From the human T2T-CHM13v2.0 reference genome, Homo sapiens, in the NCBI RefSeq assembly GCF_009914755.1, contig NC_060935.1: a stretch of 64,000 nucleotides of DNA; one strand, written 5' to 3'. The position numbers and the translations under genes were made by a program. Under the pieces are notes generated by a model. The model searched no databases, was not told the DNA's origin, and saw only the letters and a program-made list of their open reading frames with translations. Below, piece after piece: positions 24,929 through 36,820 of the stretch (positions are counted from its first letter, which is position 1; the number at the start of each line of letters is the position of its first letter).

Positions 24929-26797
24929 TCAGAGCCATGGGCATTGTGGCTTTCTTGTGGATGTGGTGGCATTTGCTGACATAAAAAGAAAGAGCGAGAG
25001 GGAGGCGGCACCCATCTGAGGAGCACAGGCACTGATGAGGAGTGTGGCTGATGGGACAGGCAGTGAGTGAGCGGTCGGGTAAGCATGTTTATAAATCAAG
25101 AGGAGCGCAAGCTTGTCCTCGTGTGGATCTGCTGTGTGCACAGGGGTGCAGTTCGTGTACACTTGCCCTGGGATGTTGGTCATGGGTGCTAATGGCAGGC
25201 ATGTGTTAGACACAAGTGCTGCCTGTGTCTCCTTGAATACGGGTGTGCCTGTCCTGTCGTATGTCCTCGGTGCTTGCTGGAACTGCTGCTCAGCCCCTCT
25301 CGCCTCTGGCCCAGCTCCAGTGCCTGCCCTGAGGGTCCTGCATCCCGCACTCACACTTGCACCTGCAGATTCCCCAGGGCAGCCGGCTCCAGTCCCCACA
25401 GGGCTCCTAATAGCCGAAGGCATGGGAAACACCTGGTCACTTCTGTCTAAGCCAGTGACCTTTGATCCAATTGATAGGAGCGCCTTGGAGGGCTGCAGGC
25501 CAGCAGAGAGTGGGGATGGAAGGAAGGTGGGTGATTCCTTCCTCCCCCTTCCCACCTCCCCAGCAGCAGGTAAAGATGGTGATGGATGAAGCTGGAGGAA
25601 AAGGCAGATTGGTTTTGGGTCCTGATGAATAAAGTCTTTCATGCTTCCTGAAATTGCTAGAAGGCCGGGGGAACACAGCCATTGCAGGAAGCTGAGGGAT
25701 TTTCCTCCTGATCGGCGGCCCCAGGGGGAGGACTGACAAGTGGTTATCTTGTTTATTGTTGGAGGGAGAGAAACGAGCTGTCTGGCATTGTCCATTCTGG
25801 GATGTTCTGGCTCTGACACGGGGAGGTGCTCTGGGAATGCGGGGAGGCTGGCCCGGCCGCGGGGAGGCGCCGTGAGAACCAGGCCGGCCGCGGGGAGGCG
25901 CCGTGAGAACCGGGCCCGCCGCGGGGAGACGCAGTGAGAGCCCGCCCGGCCGCGGGGAGGCGCAGTGAGAACCAGGCCGGCCGCGGGGAGGCGCCGTGAG
26001 AACCGGGCCGGCCGCGGGGAGGCGCAGTGAGAGCCCGCCCGGCCGCGGGGAGGCGCAGTGAGAACCGGGCCGGCCGCGGGGAGGCGCCGTGAGAACCGGG
26101 CCGGCCGCGGGGAGGCGCCGTGAGAACCGGGCCGGCCGCGGGGAGACGCAGTGAGAACCGGGCCGGCCGCGGGGAGACGCAGTGAGAGCCGGCCCGGCCG
26201 CGGGGAGGCGCCGTGAGAACCCGCCCGGCCGCGGGGAGGCGCCGTGAGAACCCGCCCGGCCGCGGGGAGACGCAGTGAGAGCCCGCCCGGCCGCGGGGAG
26301 GCGCAGTGAGAACCGGGCCGGCCGCGGGGAGGCGCCGTGAGAGCCCGCCCGGCCGCGGGGAGGCGCCGTGAGAACCGGGCCGGCCGCGGGGAGGCGCCGT
26401 GAGAACCGGGCCGGCCGCGGGGAGGCGCAGTGAGAACCCGCCCGGCCGCGGGGAGGCGCAGTGAGAACCGGGCCGGCCGCGGGGAGGCGCCGTGAGAACC
26501 GGGCCGGCCGCGGGGAGGCGCAGTGAGAACCGGGCCGGCTCCCGCCTCAGGACCCTGCGGCGGCTCTTGCTGCTGACTGTGGCACCTCCTCTGCCTGGAT
26601 CCCAAGGCCCCTAACCGAGGCCTGCTTTCCCTCCTGAACCTTGTTCCCCATCTTCTCAGAGCCACCTTGCCCCTGCACGGACTGCTCTTAATTGCCCCCA
26701 GCCCAGGAGGGGCCAACTGTGTAGCGGTTTCCACCCAGGGCTCAGATCTAAGCCCAGTGATTTGCTGGCCATGTGGCCACTGGTGAATTGCATACAT
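24929..26797 (-). other. 622-codon ORF spanning the VNTR; coding status unsupported
   Basis: ATG at 26797 lies in a MIR (A at -3). The central 31-aa Pro/Arg/Gly repeat is the VNTR. No recognisable domain. Confidence 0.12.
25851..26539. repeat. 31-bp GC/CpG-rich VNTR, ~22 copies (forms a CpG island-like block)
   Basis: GGGGAG recurs every 31 bp from 25861 to 26512; consensus GGGGAGGCGCMGTGAGAACCGGGCCGGCCGC. Confidence 0.98.
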
Positions 26798-26930
26798 CTT
26801 TACGCCTCGATTTCCTGACTACAAAATGGGTGTCGACACTGATCTCATTGGGCTACGTGAGGATTAAACGGAATAATGTGTAGAGGACTTAGCTCAATGC
26901 CCAGCACCAGTAACTGGTAGCTAAAATGTT
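26720..26930 (+). mobile_element. MIR
   Basis: CCTCGATTTCCTGACTACAAAATGGG..GTGAGGATTAAACGGAATAATGTG..CTTAGCTCAATGCCCAGCAC. Confidence 0.75.
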
Positions 26931-28147
26931 CTATTTCACCTCTAATGGGGCTTGCCCATTATTTAACCTGCTATTTCCTTCTGAATTTTCCAGGCCTAGC
27001 TCAAGTGCCATTTCTTTCTTGAAACGTACCATGACTAATATACACTAAATTGGATTCCTTTGCTTCCTTGAGAACCCTGTTGAGTTTGAGCCTAATGATT
27101 ATCCTGTATAATTAATCCTGTATTGTATAATTAATCCAACTAAGTCATCATCGTTGAGCATCAACCATGTGCCAGACATTTTTGCTAAGAATTTCCTCCA
27201 CTGAATGTCAGTTCCATTAGAGGCGGGAACATGTCTTACAGGCCTGCTTGTCGGAGCATCTGGCATAGTGCTGGGCACTGAATGGTGCCTCAGAAACACG
27301 GTTCAGTTGCTGGGAGGGTGGTTAGCAGGGATCGCTGGCTCTGTCCAAGGAGTCGTGGGACTGGAACAAAGAAACAAGAGTCGCCATGCCTTAACGTTGG
27401 ATGCCTAACAAAATAGATGAACTCACAGGGTGACGTCAGAGAGTGCAGCAGGCGTTCAGTGGGTCGTGTCCTGGAATCTATGATTCTGAAGGGACTGAGA
27501 AGAATTCTACCCCAAGCTCTCACCCAAAGTGAGAAGCGCCCGCTGTCCCATGCTGCCTTGAGCACTGACATCCCTTTGGCCTGTCCGAGAGCCAGGGGGC
27601 TCATTACGCACAAAGAGGCGTATATGTCTGCACGGGGCATGATTGATAGCAGTTCTTAGAACTCTAAACAGGGTGGAGCTTGTCGTTTGGAGAAATGTGA
27701 AATGAATCGAATCAGGCTTCTGCATAGCAACTCCTCGGATGTTCCGAGACCATTGGCCCCTCCTCTGAAGCCACACCCAGCTTCGTGCTCTTTTTCCCAG
27801 GTCCCATAAGAAGGGGTTTCTAGATCTCTTACTGCCCTGACCCCTCTTCTGTGCACACACCCTGTTTGTGCACAGCCATCTCTCTGCGGGTCACTGGAGC
27901 AGAGCAGAGCACCGCCGGCTCTGAGCAGGGCACCACCCTGAGTGGCTCGTCCCTCCTTTACCTGAAACCATGTTCTGCAAATCCGGCCTGAGAAAGAGAC
28001 ACTGTCTTTATTTATTCGTTTTGTTAAGCAATGGCATGAACATGGACAAAACCGCACATGAGTGTATGGGGGCAAGGATATATTCTGCAAATCGAGTACA
28101 CAAATGAAGGCCTGCATAGATTCAGGATTGAGTAAAATGTGATATAT

Positions 28148-29455
<1,308 letters not shown>

Positions 29456-29736
29456 GTGGCGTAAACGACTTTTTGAAATAAGTGTGAAGGTATTTTTTAT
29501 AACCATGTTTAGATTACATTGTGTTTTATTTGGTGAGTATAAAATATTCAGTAGAAAATATTCTTGTCTCTTCAATACCTGTGATTTTAAAGGGGAGCAT
29601 CCTTTAGCAAGAGGATCAGAATATGTCAAATAGAAGAAAATTCTCCTTTTCCCAGTGCAGTGCCACTGACAGAGAAAGAGCACGCCAGGTTCAGAGTCCC
29701 AGACGAGCAGGCCCAGGCGAGCCCAGGGCTCGGGAT

Positions 29737-29924
29737 TGGGTGCCAGCTACAGCTCAAGCTGCCCAGTTAATCTGAATCTCAGATAAACAAGGAAGAACTT
29801 TTTAGTACAACATGTCCCCAATACTGCATGGGACACACTTGTACTAAAATGTTATTTGCTGTTTATCTGAAATTCCAGTTTAGTTCGGTGTCCTGTCGTT
29901 TCATTTGCTAAATCGTGGCCCCCT
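29737..29924. mobile_element. MER53 palindromic DNA-transposon derivative
   Basis: Nested inverted arms CAGATAAACA/TGTTTATCTG, TTTTAGTACAA/TTGTACTAAAA and TGTCCC/GGGACA; ends ATTTGCTAAATC..GGCCCCCT. Confidence 0.85.
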
Positions 29925-30516
29925 ACACAGTGTGACACAGGGCAGGGTGTTCGGTGAGTCAGTGTCACTGGGAGGCACCAGACTCAAGAACAGTATCGAG
30001 AAGGCCGCATGCCCAGCTGAGTTCCACACGAGTGTGGCTCAGCCTCCTGAAGACTGCAGGTGTTCTTTCACGTGAACTGCGTGGTTTTGAAAGAAGCCCA
30101 GTGGGGGTCTCTCGGGGGTGGTCTGCCTTTGCCAGTCAGAGCCGTTTGTACTATGGAAAGGTTCTTGCAGCACGCATTTCTTGCTGGGGCTGGTCAGACC
30201 CCACCCTTTCCTTTAGAGGAAGGGTCCCTCTTTGCCAACTGCATGGTTTGGGGTGGGGGTCGCTGATCAGCATGCTCCCTTGTGATGTGGGGAGCACATG
30301 GTAGCACCACCCACCCCAGTGCCCCCGCTCCTGCCTGGCCTGACCCATCCAGGGACAAGAGTGAACCAGTCTGGGACCAATCCCAGGCCTCCCTTGGCAT
30401 TTTCTAACCAGAGCTGGTGGAAGAGGCTTCTCTGCTGTCTGCTCTGGGTGTGTGAGGATGTGCTGCCAGGGTGCAGCCTCGCAGGGACAACAGCTGGCCC
30501 ACAGGGAGCAAGAAGC

Positions 30517-30612
30517 TGTGTGTGTGTGTGTGTGAGAGAGAGACAGAGACAGAGAGAGGGAGACAGACAGGAAGAGACAGGGAGGAAGAGGGAGAGAGAT
30601 GGGGAGAGAGAT
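30517..30612. repeat. (TG)n followed by GA-rich repeat
   Basis: Visible directly. Confidence 0.9.
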
Positions 30613-32229
30613 CTGAATCAAGCCTTGCATGCAGCCCCCGCTGAGGCCGCATCTACCCTTCTGGCCTTTCCCTTTCTACAACTTGATACTAAGTAAATCA
30701 ATTCCCCCTTGGACTGAGCTGTGATGTGGCCGTTAGTTGCAGAAACATAGCTGTCTATTCCTTTATGTGGCCATGTTTAGTGGCCCGTCACTACTCCCCT
30801 GCACTGGACAGGCTAGGGAGAGGCCGCTCAGGATGTCTCTGCTCAAGTCTGAGGGCCACACACCACAGCAGAGGGGCCAGAGACTGCGGGCGGCTGGAGG
30901 ATGGAGAAGTCCCAGCCTGGATTGGGTAGTGGCAGGGTAGAGGAGGCTGGATGCCCCCAGTTCTTAACCCCCTTGAGGATTTCTTCTGGAATGGTATAGG
31001 CACAAATATATTTTTGAAAAGAGGTGACCCGAATCGTATGTGGCAATGTCTCACAGATGCACGTGCAGTGGTGTTGGGGAGGTTCACCAGGTTGCAACGT
31101 GCTCCTTGCAATTCTGCGCTGCGCCCTGTACTACACATCGTGAATGCAAGAAAACACCTAGAGCATAGCCTGTGTCACCATCCAGTCTATCTTGTGCTGT
31201 AATATCAAAGCCATTTACTACCTACCGTTACCTGTGCTTTCGGAACTTACGGCCACACTGTAGCTTGCTTCTGTCCCTTGAAACACAAGTTTCCAGATCT
31301 CAAGCGCTGAGCCCAGGTGAGAACTGAACTCTGTGGATGACACAAAGGCTTTGATGAGAGCAACAAGGCCTCTGGGACAGCTCTGGTGCCTCTGAGACTC
31401 CAGGCCTTGGGGATCCCAGGGCAGTTCATCTTTTATCTAGAAAAATAGCGCTGATTACTTATCATTGTCCCGATACTCTGTGGGCATAGATTGCCTTAAA
31501 TGTTTCAACTAGGATGCAGAAACCAAGTAAGACAAAGCCCACACGGCCCAGAGTCTGTAGCTCCTGCCTTGCAGGCAGTCCTGGGCCAAGTTAGCCGCTG
31601 CTGATGCAGTGGCTCTCGGGCTGGAAAGGCCCTCAGCTCACAGCAGCTGCTGCCTGGATTCTTCCGAGGCTGGCCTGCCCTCCGCTCACCACCCCACTGT
31701 GCAGAGCCCTGTCCTACCAGCGGCTTCCTCTGGTCCTGCGGATGTGAGCACCCGGCCCTCCTTACTCTGAGTCCTTAGCAGGAATTCTCAGAAAAGAGGT
31801 GAACACGCACACGGAGCTCTCCCGCAGAGCCAGAGTAGCTACAGAGCTCAGGGACAGATCCTGGAGGTGGACTTGGGAGAGGCTTTCGAAAAGAAGGAGA
31901 GGTCTGCAGAGGGGCAGCCAGCCTAGGGCTGAGGGCAGGTGAGAGAGGAGACCCCTGGGGCAGGGCCGTGCACGCCCGTGGAGAGGCGGGGTGGGGAATG
32001 GGAGATGTCTTGTGGATGTGGGTGGGGACCAGAGCCCAAGACCTCCATGCTGGCTGGGAGCACCGTCTCACAGATGGTGGAGGGCTGTGGGGGTCTGGGC
32101 AGCAGCACCACGTGAATGAGGAGTCTCGTCTGCTCGGCTTGTTGGGCGGGCCTGGAGCCTCTGCCTCCCAGAGAGCTGACCGGCTCAGGGGGTGGTTCTG
32201 CAGGATCCCGCAGGAGGAGGATGAATAGG

Positions 32230-32430
32230 AGTTTCAGAGTCAGAGAAACCTGGATTCCAGCCCCAGCGTTGGCTGATCTGAGGCTCTGGGCAAGTCCCGC
32301 AAGGTCTCAGTGTCTTCATCTGTAAAGTGGGACTAGAGGCACCTTCTTCACAGGGCTTAGGTGAGGGCCAAATGGGATAAACACACTTGGCTTTGATATC
32401 AGTGAGTGGCACACGCCAGGGACTCAGTGA
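32230..32430 (+). mobile_element. MIR
   Basis: AGAGTCAGAGAAACCTGGATTCCAGCCCCAGC..TCTCAGTGTCTTCATCTGTAAAGTGGG. Confidence 0.75.
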
Positions 32431-32446
32431 GTGTGGTCTGCTTGGT

Positions 32447-32530
32447 CCCCACCCTCCTCCGTTCCCCACCCTCCTCCGTTCCCCACCCTCCTCCCCCACC
32501 CTCCTCCGTTCCCCACCCTCCTCCCCCACC
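32447..32530. repeat. C-rich 17/12-bp tandem repeat
   Basis: CCCCACCCTCCT(CCGTT), about 5 copies. Confidence 0.9.
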
Positions 32531-33959
32531 GCCACTGTCTTCCCCTCTTCCCTCCCCGTCCGCATAGTGTCTATTCTGGCAGGTCTCTCCTCCCCAGCCT
32601 CCCAGGGAAAGGTCAGATTTCACATCGCATGTATGTATCTGTGTCTGTTTTCCTCTTTCTCATGGTGAAATCCTTCAAGGTTAGCCCCAACTACTCCCCT
32701 TGCTGGGGAACAAATCTCCATAGCAACCAGTTCCTGGCTCTGTCCTTCCTTCTTCCCCAGGCTGAGACCTCAGTCCTCTTAGGATGCAGCTACCCGAGCT
32801 GCTGCTTCTAGGGGACGGTCCAGTCCCTCTGCCCAGTGACGCCCATGACAGTGGCAGGACTGTCTAACTTAGGGTGGTCAACCAGAGAAACTCAGATCCC
32901 TTGGATTTCTGCCCGAAGGCCACTGGAAATGCATGTCCTATACTCTGTTTGTGAGCCCCGAGGCTGAAGGAGGGCTGAATGGCTGGGCGCATCTGGCAGC
33001 CGGGCAGGGGATGTGATGTGGTGTGCGTGGTGGTGCACAAGCTGTGCAGCAGAGGTGCAGGCCTGACTCTTCACTGGAAGCTCAGCATCTCTCCTGAGGA
33101 TGCCGCCTTGGAAAGGGGGAGGCCGTCAACGAGAGATGAAGCTCTCTGTTCTGGGCCAAATTTAAGCCAGTTTTAAATAATGCAATTGGCTTCGGAGGCC
33201 CCAGAGTCTCCAGGAGGAATTAATAATGGATGAGCTTTCCTCCTGCATCCCTCCTCCCTTCCAGGGTGCTGCAGAGGATCCTCTCTGCCGAGAGCCTGCC
33301 TGGTCCTGCCCTGGCCTCACACGGGTCTGGCGGGGGGCTGGAGGGCGCCCAGCTTGGGGAGCAGGCCTGGGCTGGTCTGCGTGGAAGCATGCAGAGGCCT
33401 CGCTGCTGCATGGAAGAGCCTTTCCTGGGCCTCTCCTGCTGTCCATCACCAAGTGCTGGCCATGTCCCAAGGGCCGTCCTCACCTCCTCCCTCTCCCCCA
33501 CATCCCCGGGCTGCCAGGTCCTGGATTCTGCTGCTCTGTGACCTCAGCTCACCCTCTGGTTTCCTTCCCTACAGCCTCTGCCTGTGTCCTGGCCCTCACT
33601 GCACCCCCAAGATTAAGGCCATGGCCTCTGCAGCCCCCCACCTCCAGTGCAGCCACCTGCGGGGGAGTGGCCTTGCTAAGTCCCATCTGACGCCTACAGC
33701 GGCCTCACTCAGGGCCCTTCTCTGGCCCCCATTGCTCCCGGGACCAAGTACACCCTCCTCGGCTGCTGTGAGAGTCCACACCCCTGAGCCCCTCCTCGGT
33801 GACCGGCACTGTCTGTCCCAGTCTCCCAGGTCTGCCGGACCCTCTTCCTGCCCTCCTGTGCTGACACCCCTGACCGCTGCAGGCCCAGCTCAGGTGGCCC
33901 CTCCCAGACTGGCTGGCGGCTCCTGCCCATGGGCTTCTTTTGGGGACATTTAGGACAAA

Positions 33960-34105
33960 TCCGTGGGAATGTCTGTTTACGTGCCTGGCTCTCTCCTGAA
34001 CTGCAGCTTTTCAAAGCAGGCCTGTGACCTCTCATTGTTTCCTGAGGGTCCAGGGCCTCTCCTGGCATGGAGAGGGCTTCGCAGAGTTGATGAATAAATG
34101 AACCG
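33960..34105 (+). mobile_element. L2 3' end
   Basis: Ends CCTGGCATGGAGAGGGCTTC..GTTGATGAATAAATGAA. Confidence 0.6.
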
Positions 34106-34278
34106 TGGGTGAATGAACTCAGAGGCAGCGGAAGGAAGGGAGGAGGGAGTGAGGAATTAGGAAGGCAGGGGGGCCTTTCTCCTCTCCTTTGGAACAAGCG
34201 ATGGACATGGGTTGTGTGTGCCAAGCCAGCAGGCTGGCATGTGCTGGAGGGCCGGGCTGAGGCTGGGTGCAGGGGAGC

Positions 34279-34315
34279 GGATTAGCGGATTAGCTCCAGC
34301 TAATCCAGCTAATCA
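34279..34315. promoter_or_regulatory. Cluster of four K50 homeodomain (OTX/CRX/PITX/GSC-type) motifs
   Basis: GGATTA at 34279 and 34287, TAATCC at 34301, TAATCA at 34310. Confidence 0.45.
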
Positions 34316-35999
34316 GCAGATCAGCTCCAGGCTGTCTCAGGGACCACTCGGGCTAGCAGAGTGCACTCATCTCCCACTTCTCTCCTCTGCCCAGACCTCC
34401 TCTAAACAGTTGGGTGTAGGAGGAACCGAGCACTGTCCCCGTGCCTCTCAGGGTATTTTCACGGTGGGCCATGGGGCAGAAAGTCAGGGTGCAAGGCTTG
34501 CTCCTCTGCGGTCAGGGCCGAGGGGGCACCCTTCCCCCAGGCAAGGCTGGGCTGCCCCTGGGTATGGGTGCATTAGCTGAGGGGCAGGACGGGAGATGGT
34601 GACCTTCCGAGCTGGCCCTTTCGCAGGGCCTGTGCAGTCCTCCTGCCGCCTGGGAGGAGGGTGGCTTGGGCCCAGTGCTCTCGGGGCTTGTTTGGCCGCC
34701 TGGGACCCTGCACCGGCTCTGCCTGGGAAGCACGTTCCATTCTGCTGCACTGCAGAGCCGTGAGGGGCTGCTGCTGTGGGCACAGGGGCTGGCCCGGAGG
34801 CCCCGAGCGCTGCGGGCACATCCTCCCCAGGCTTGGGGCTGGCAGATAGCAGCCGTGCAGGGCACCGGGCCAGCCCACAGGTCGGGGAGGGTCAGCAGGA
34901 GACCCTGTCTGAAGGCCAGGGTGTAACCGGGCAGAGTCGGCTCAGGTTCCGGCCCGGGAGGGCATGCACACTCTGTTTCCCAGGCAGGGGCCGAAGTGCG
35001 CCGCCATGCTGCTTTTGTTTGGCTGTGTGTCGTGGACTGGCTGCCAACCACCCTGGATGCCAGGGCCTGATGCTGGGATCAGGGGTTCAGGCTGCAGGGA
35101 GAGTGGGGGGTGCCCAAGGGCCAATGTTCTAAGTGACAGTTGTGCCAAGCTGGCCCTGTGTACCCTGTCTCCATTCTCTTCCTACACAGTGGGAGATCTG
35201 GGCTCGTGTCCCCTCAATGACCATCAGATGGCAACAAAGAGGCCTGGGAGACCCTGGGGAGCCAAAGCCCTGCTCTGTGGGCAGCTGAAAGGGACACAGA
35301 GCACATTGCACCCATAGAACACAGTGTGACTTCTGGTGCCAGCCCCAGGGCCCATGGGGCAAGGGCCGGGTCTTTCCCCAAACAAGTTTACAGATTTGTT
35401 GAATAGATGACCTTACACACATGCTTTACATGTACAGGTGAAGACACAAGAAAGAATTTCAAAACCCCAGATGCCAGCAGTAAAAAGTCACTAAGAGCCA
35501 GCACTGTGGGAGCAGGAGAAAATGCTCAGTGACCGTGTGTGCACACATGTGTGTCTGCGTGCCTGTGCATGAGTGTGTGTGCATACATACGTGCACATGT
35601 TTGTGTACGCGTGCGCATGTGTGAAAGCTTTGGACTCTTATCATGCAGGGATGGGACGGGAGGGCTTGAGTCTCCTCAGGGAAGGAAATGGAAAGGGAAT
35701 CCCCAGGATACAGCAGGATGGCACAGCTCCGCCTGGGATTCTGGTGGGAGAAACTCTCCGGTGAGAAAGGGGTGTCCTGAGCCTCTGTTGTGAGCTGCTT
35801 TGGAGCTGGAGCTGACACTTTCCAGGTGGGGCCAGAAGTTCCAAGCAGAGAATGATCTTACGAATCAGTCTCAGGCCTGGGATACCTCAAGGTGCTGCGA
35901 ATAAATCAACAAAACACTTAGGTCTTGTAGGAGTTATGTTGAGAAGAAAGTCTTGATGATTACCAGCTCACAATACAGCTTGAGCAGGACCCCATGTGT

Positions 36000-36820
36000 T
36001 TCTTTATGAACTCAGCTCAGCAGCCCAAGAAGCAGGAGTATCGGACTCTAAGCGCTGAGGGTAATGAGGCACAATGGAAGAGTAATAATGATGGTTATTA
36101 AGGAGCTGAGAGGAGCACAAACCCTAAAGGGGGAACAAGACATTATGATACAAGAACAGGGAGGTTTGAAAAAATGGACCTCTGAAAATAACATGGGTAA
36201 CGCTAAAATGAAACCCTGAACAGGTGAGTTCAACAGCTCGTGAAATACAGTGAAGAAAATCACAAGTGAAGAGGAGATTGGTTAGAGGACATCACCCAGG
36301 CTGTGGCATGGGGAGACGAGATGAGAAATACAACAGAAGGCTGGGTGCAGTAGCTCACACCTGTAATCTTAGCACTTTCGGAGGCTGAGGCTGGAGGATC
36401 CTTGAGGCCAGGAGTTCGAGACCAGCCTAACTCTCAGACAGAGCGAGACCCCATCTGCCCACAAAATTAAAATTTTAAAAAAATTAGCTGGGTGTGATGG
36501 CAGGCATCTGTGGTCTCAGCTACTTGGGAGGCTGAGACGGGAGGATCACGTGAGTCCAGGAATTCAGGGCTATGGTGAGCCATGATCATGCCACTGCACT
36601 CCAGCCTGGGTGACAGAGTGAAATCCCATCTCTAAAAAATAAAAATAAAAGGAATACAACAGAGAAGTTCGAAGACACAGAGGAGAGACTTAGCAAGTGG
36701 GATGATAAAGAGGGTGGGGGAGATGCTGTACTCAGTGAGAAAATGGCTGAGGAATTAGCAGGACCAATGAAAGACACGAGTGTTCAGATGGAGAAAACAG
36801 AAGCACGGAAATTGAAGAAT
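36000..36820 (+). mobile_element. Old L1M ORF1-region fragment, split by an Alu
   Basis: A-rich degraded ORF1-like text (GAGTTCAACAGC..ATACAGTGAAGA..ACATCACCCAG; AAATGGCTGAGGAATT). Confidence 0.5.
36339..36650 (+). mobile_element. AluJ
   Basis: GGAGGATC(C)TTGAGGCCAGGAGTTCGAG J-type diagnostics; TSD AATACAACAGA on both sides. Confidence 0.92.

Noticed and set aside
24356-24984. His/Thr-rich 207-aa and 194-aa ORFs
   Set aside because: Translations of a CA-rich simple repeat.
25851-26539. CRISPR-like array (also 56604-56753 and 10249-10416)
   Set aside because: Head-to-tail repeats without unique spacers, in a mammalian context with no cas genes.
32871-32880. GLI-like sites (AGGGTGGTC; also near 11849) and partial CTCF-like motifs (near 40010 and 63305)
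   Set aside because: Imperfect, isolated matches expected by chance at this GC content.
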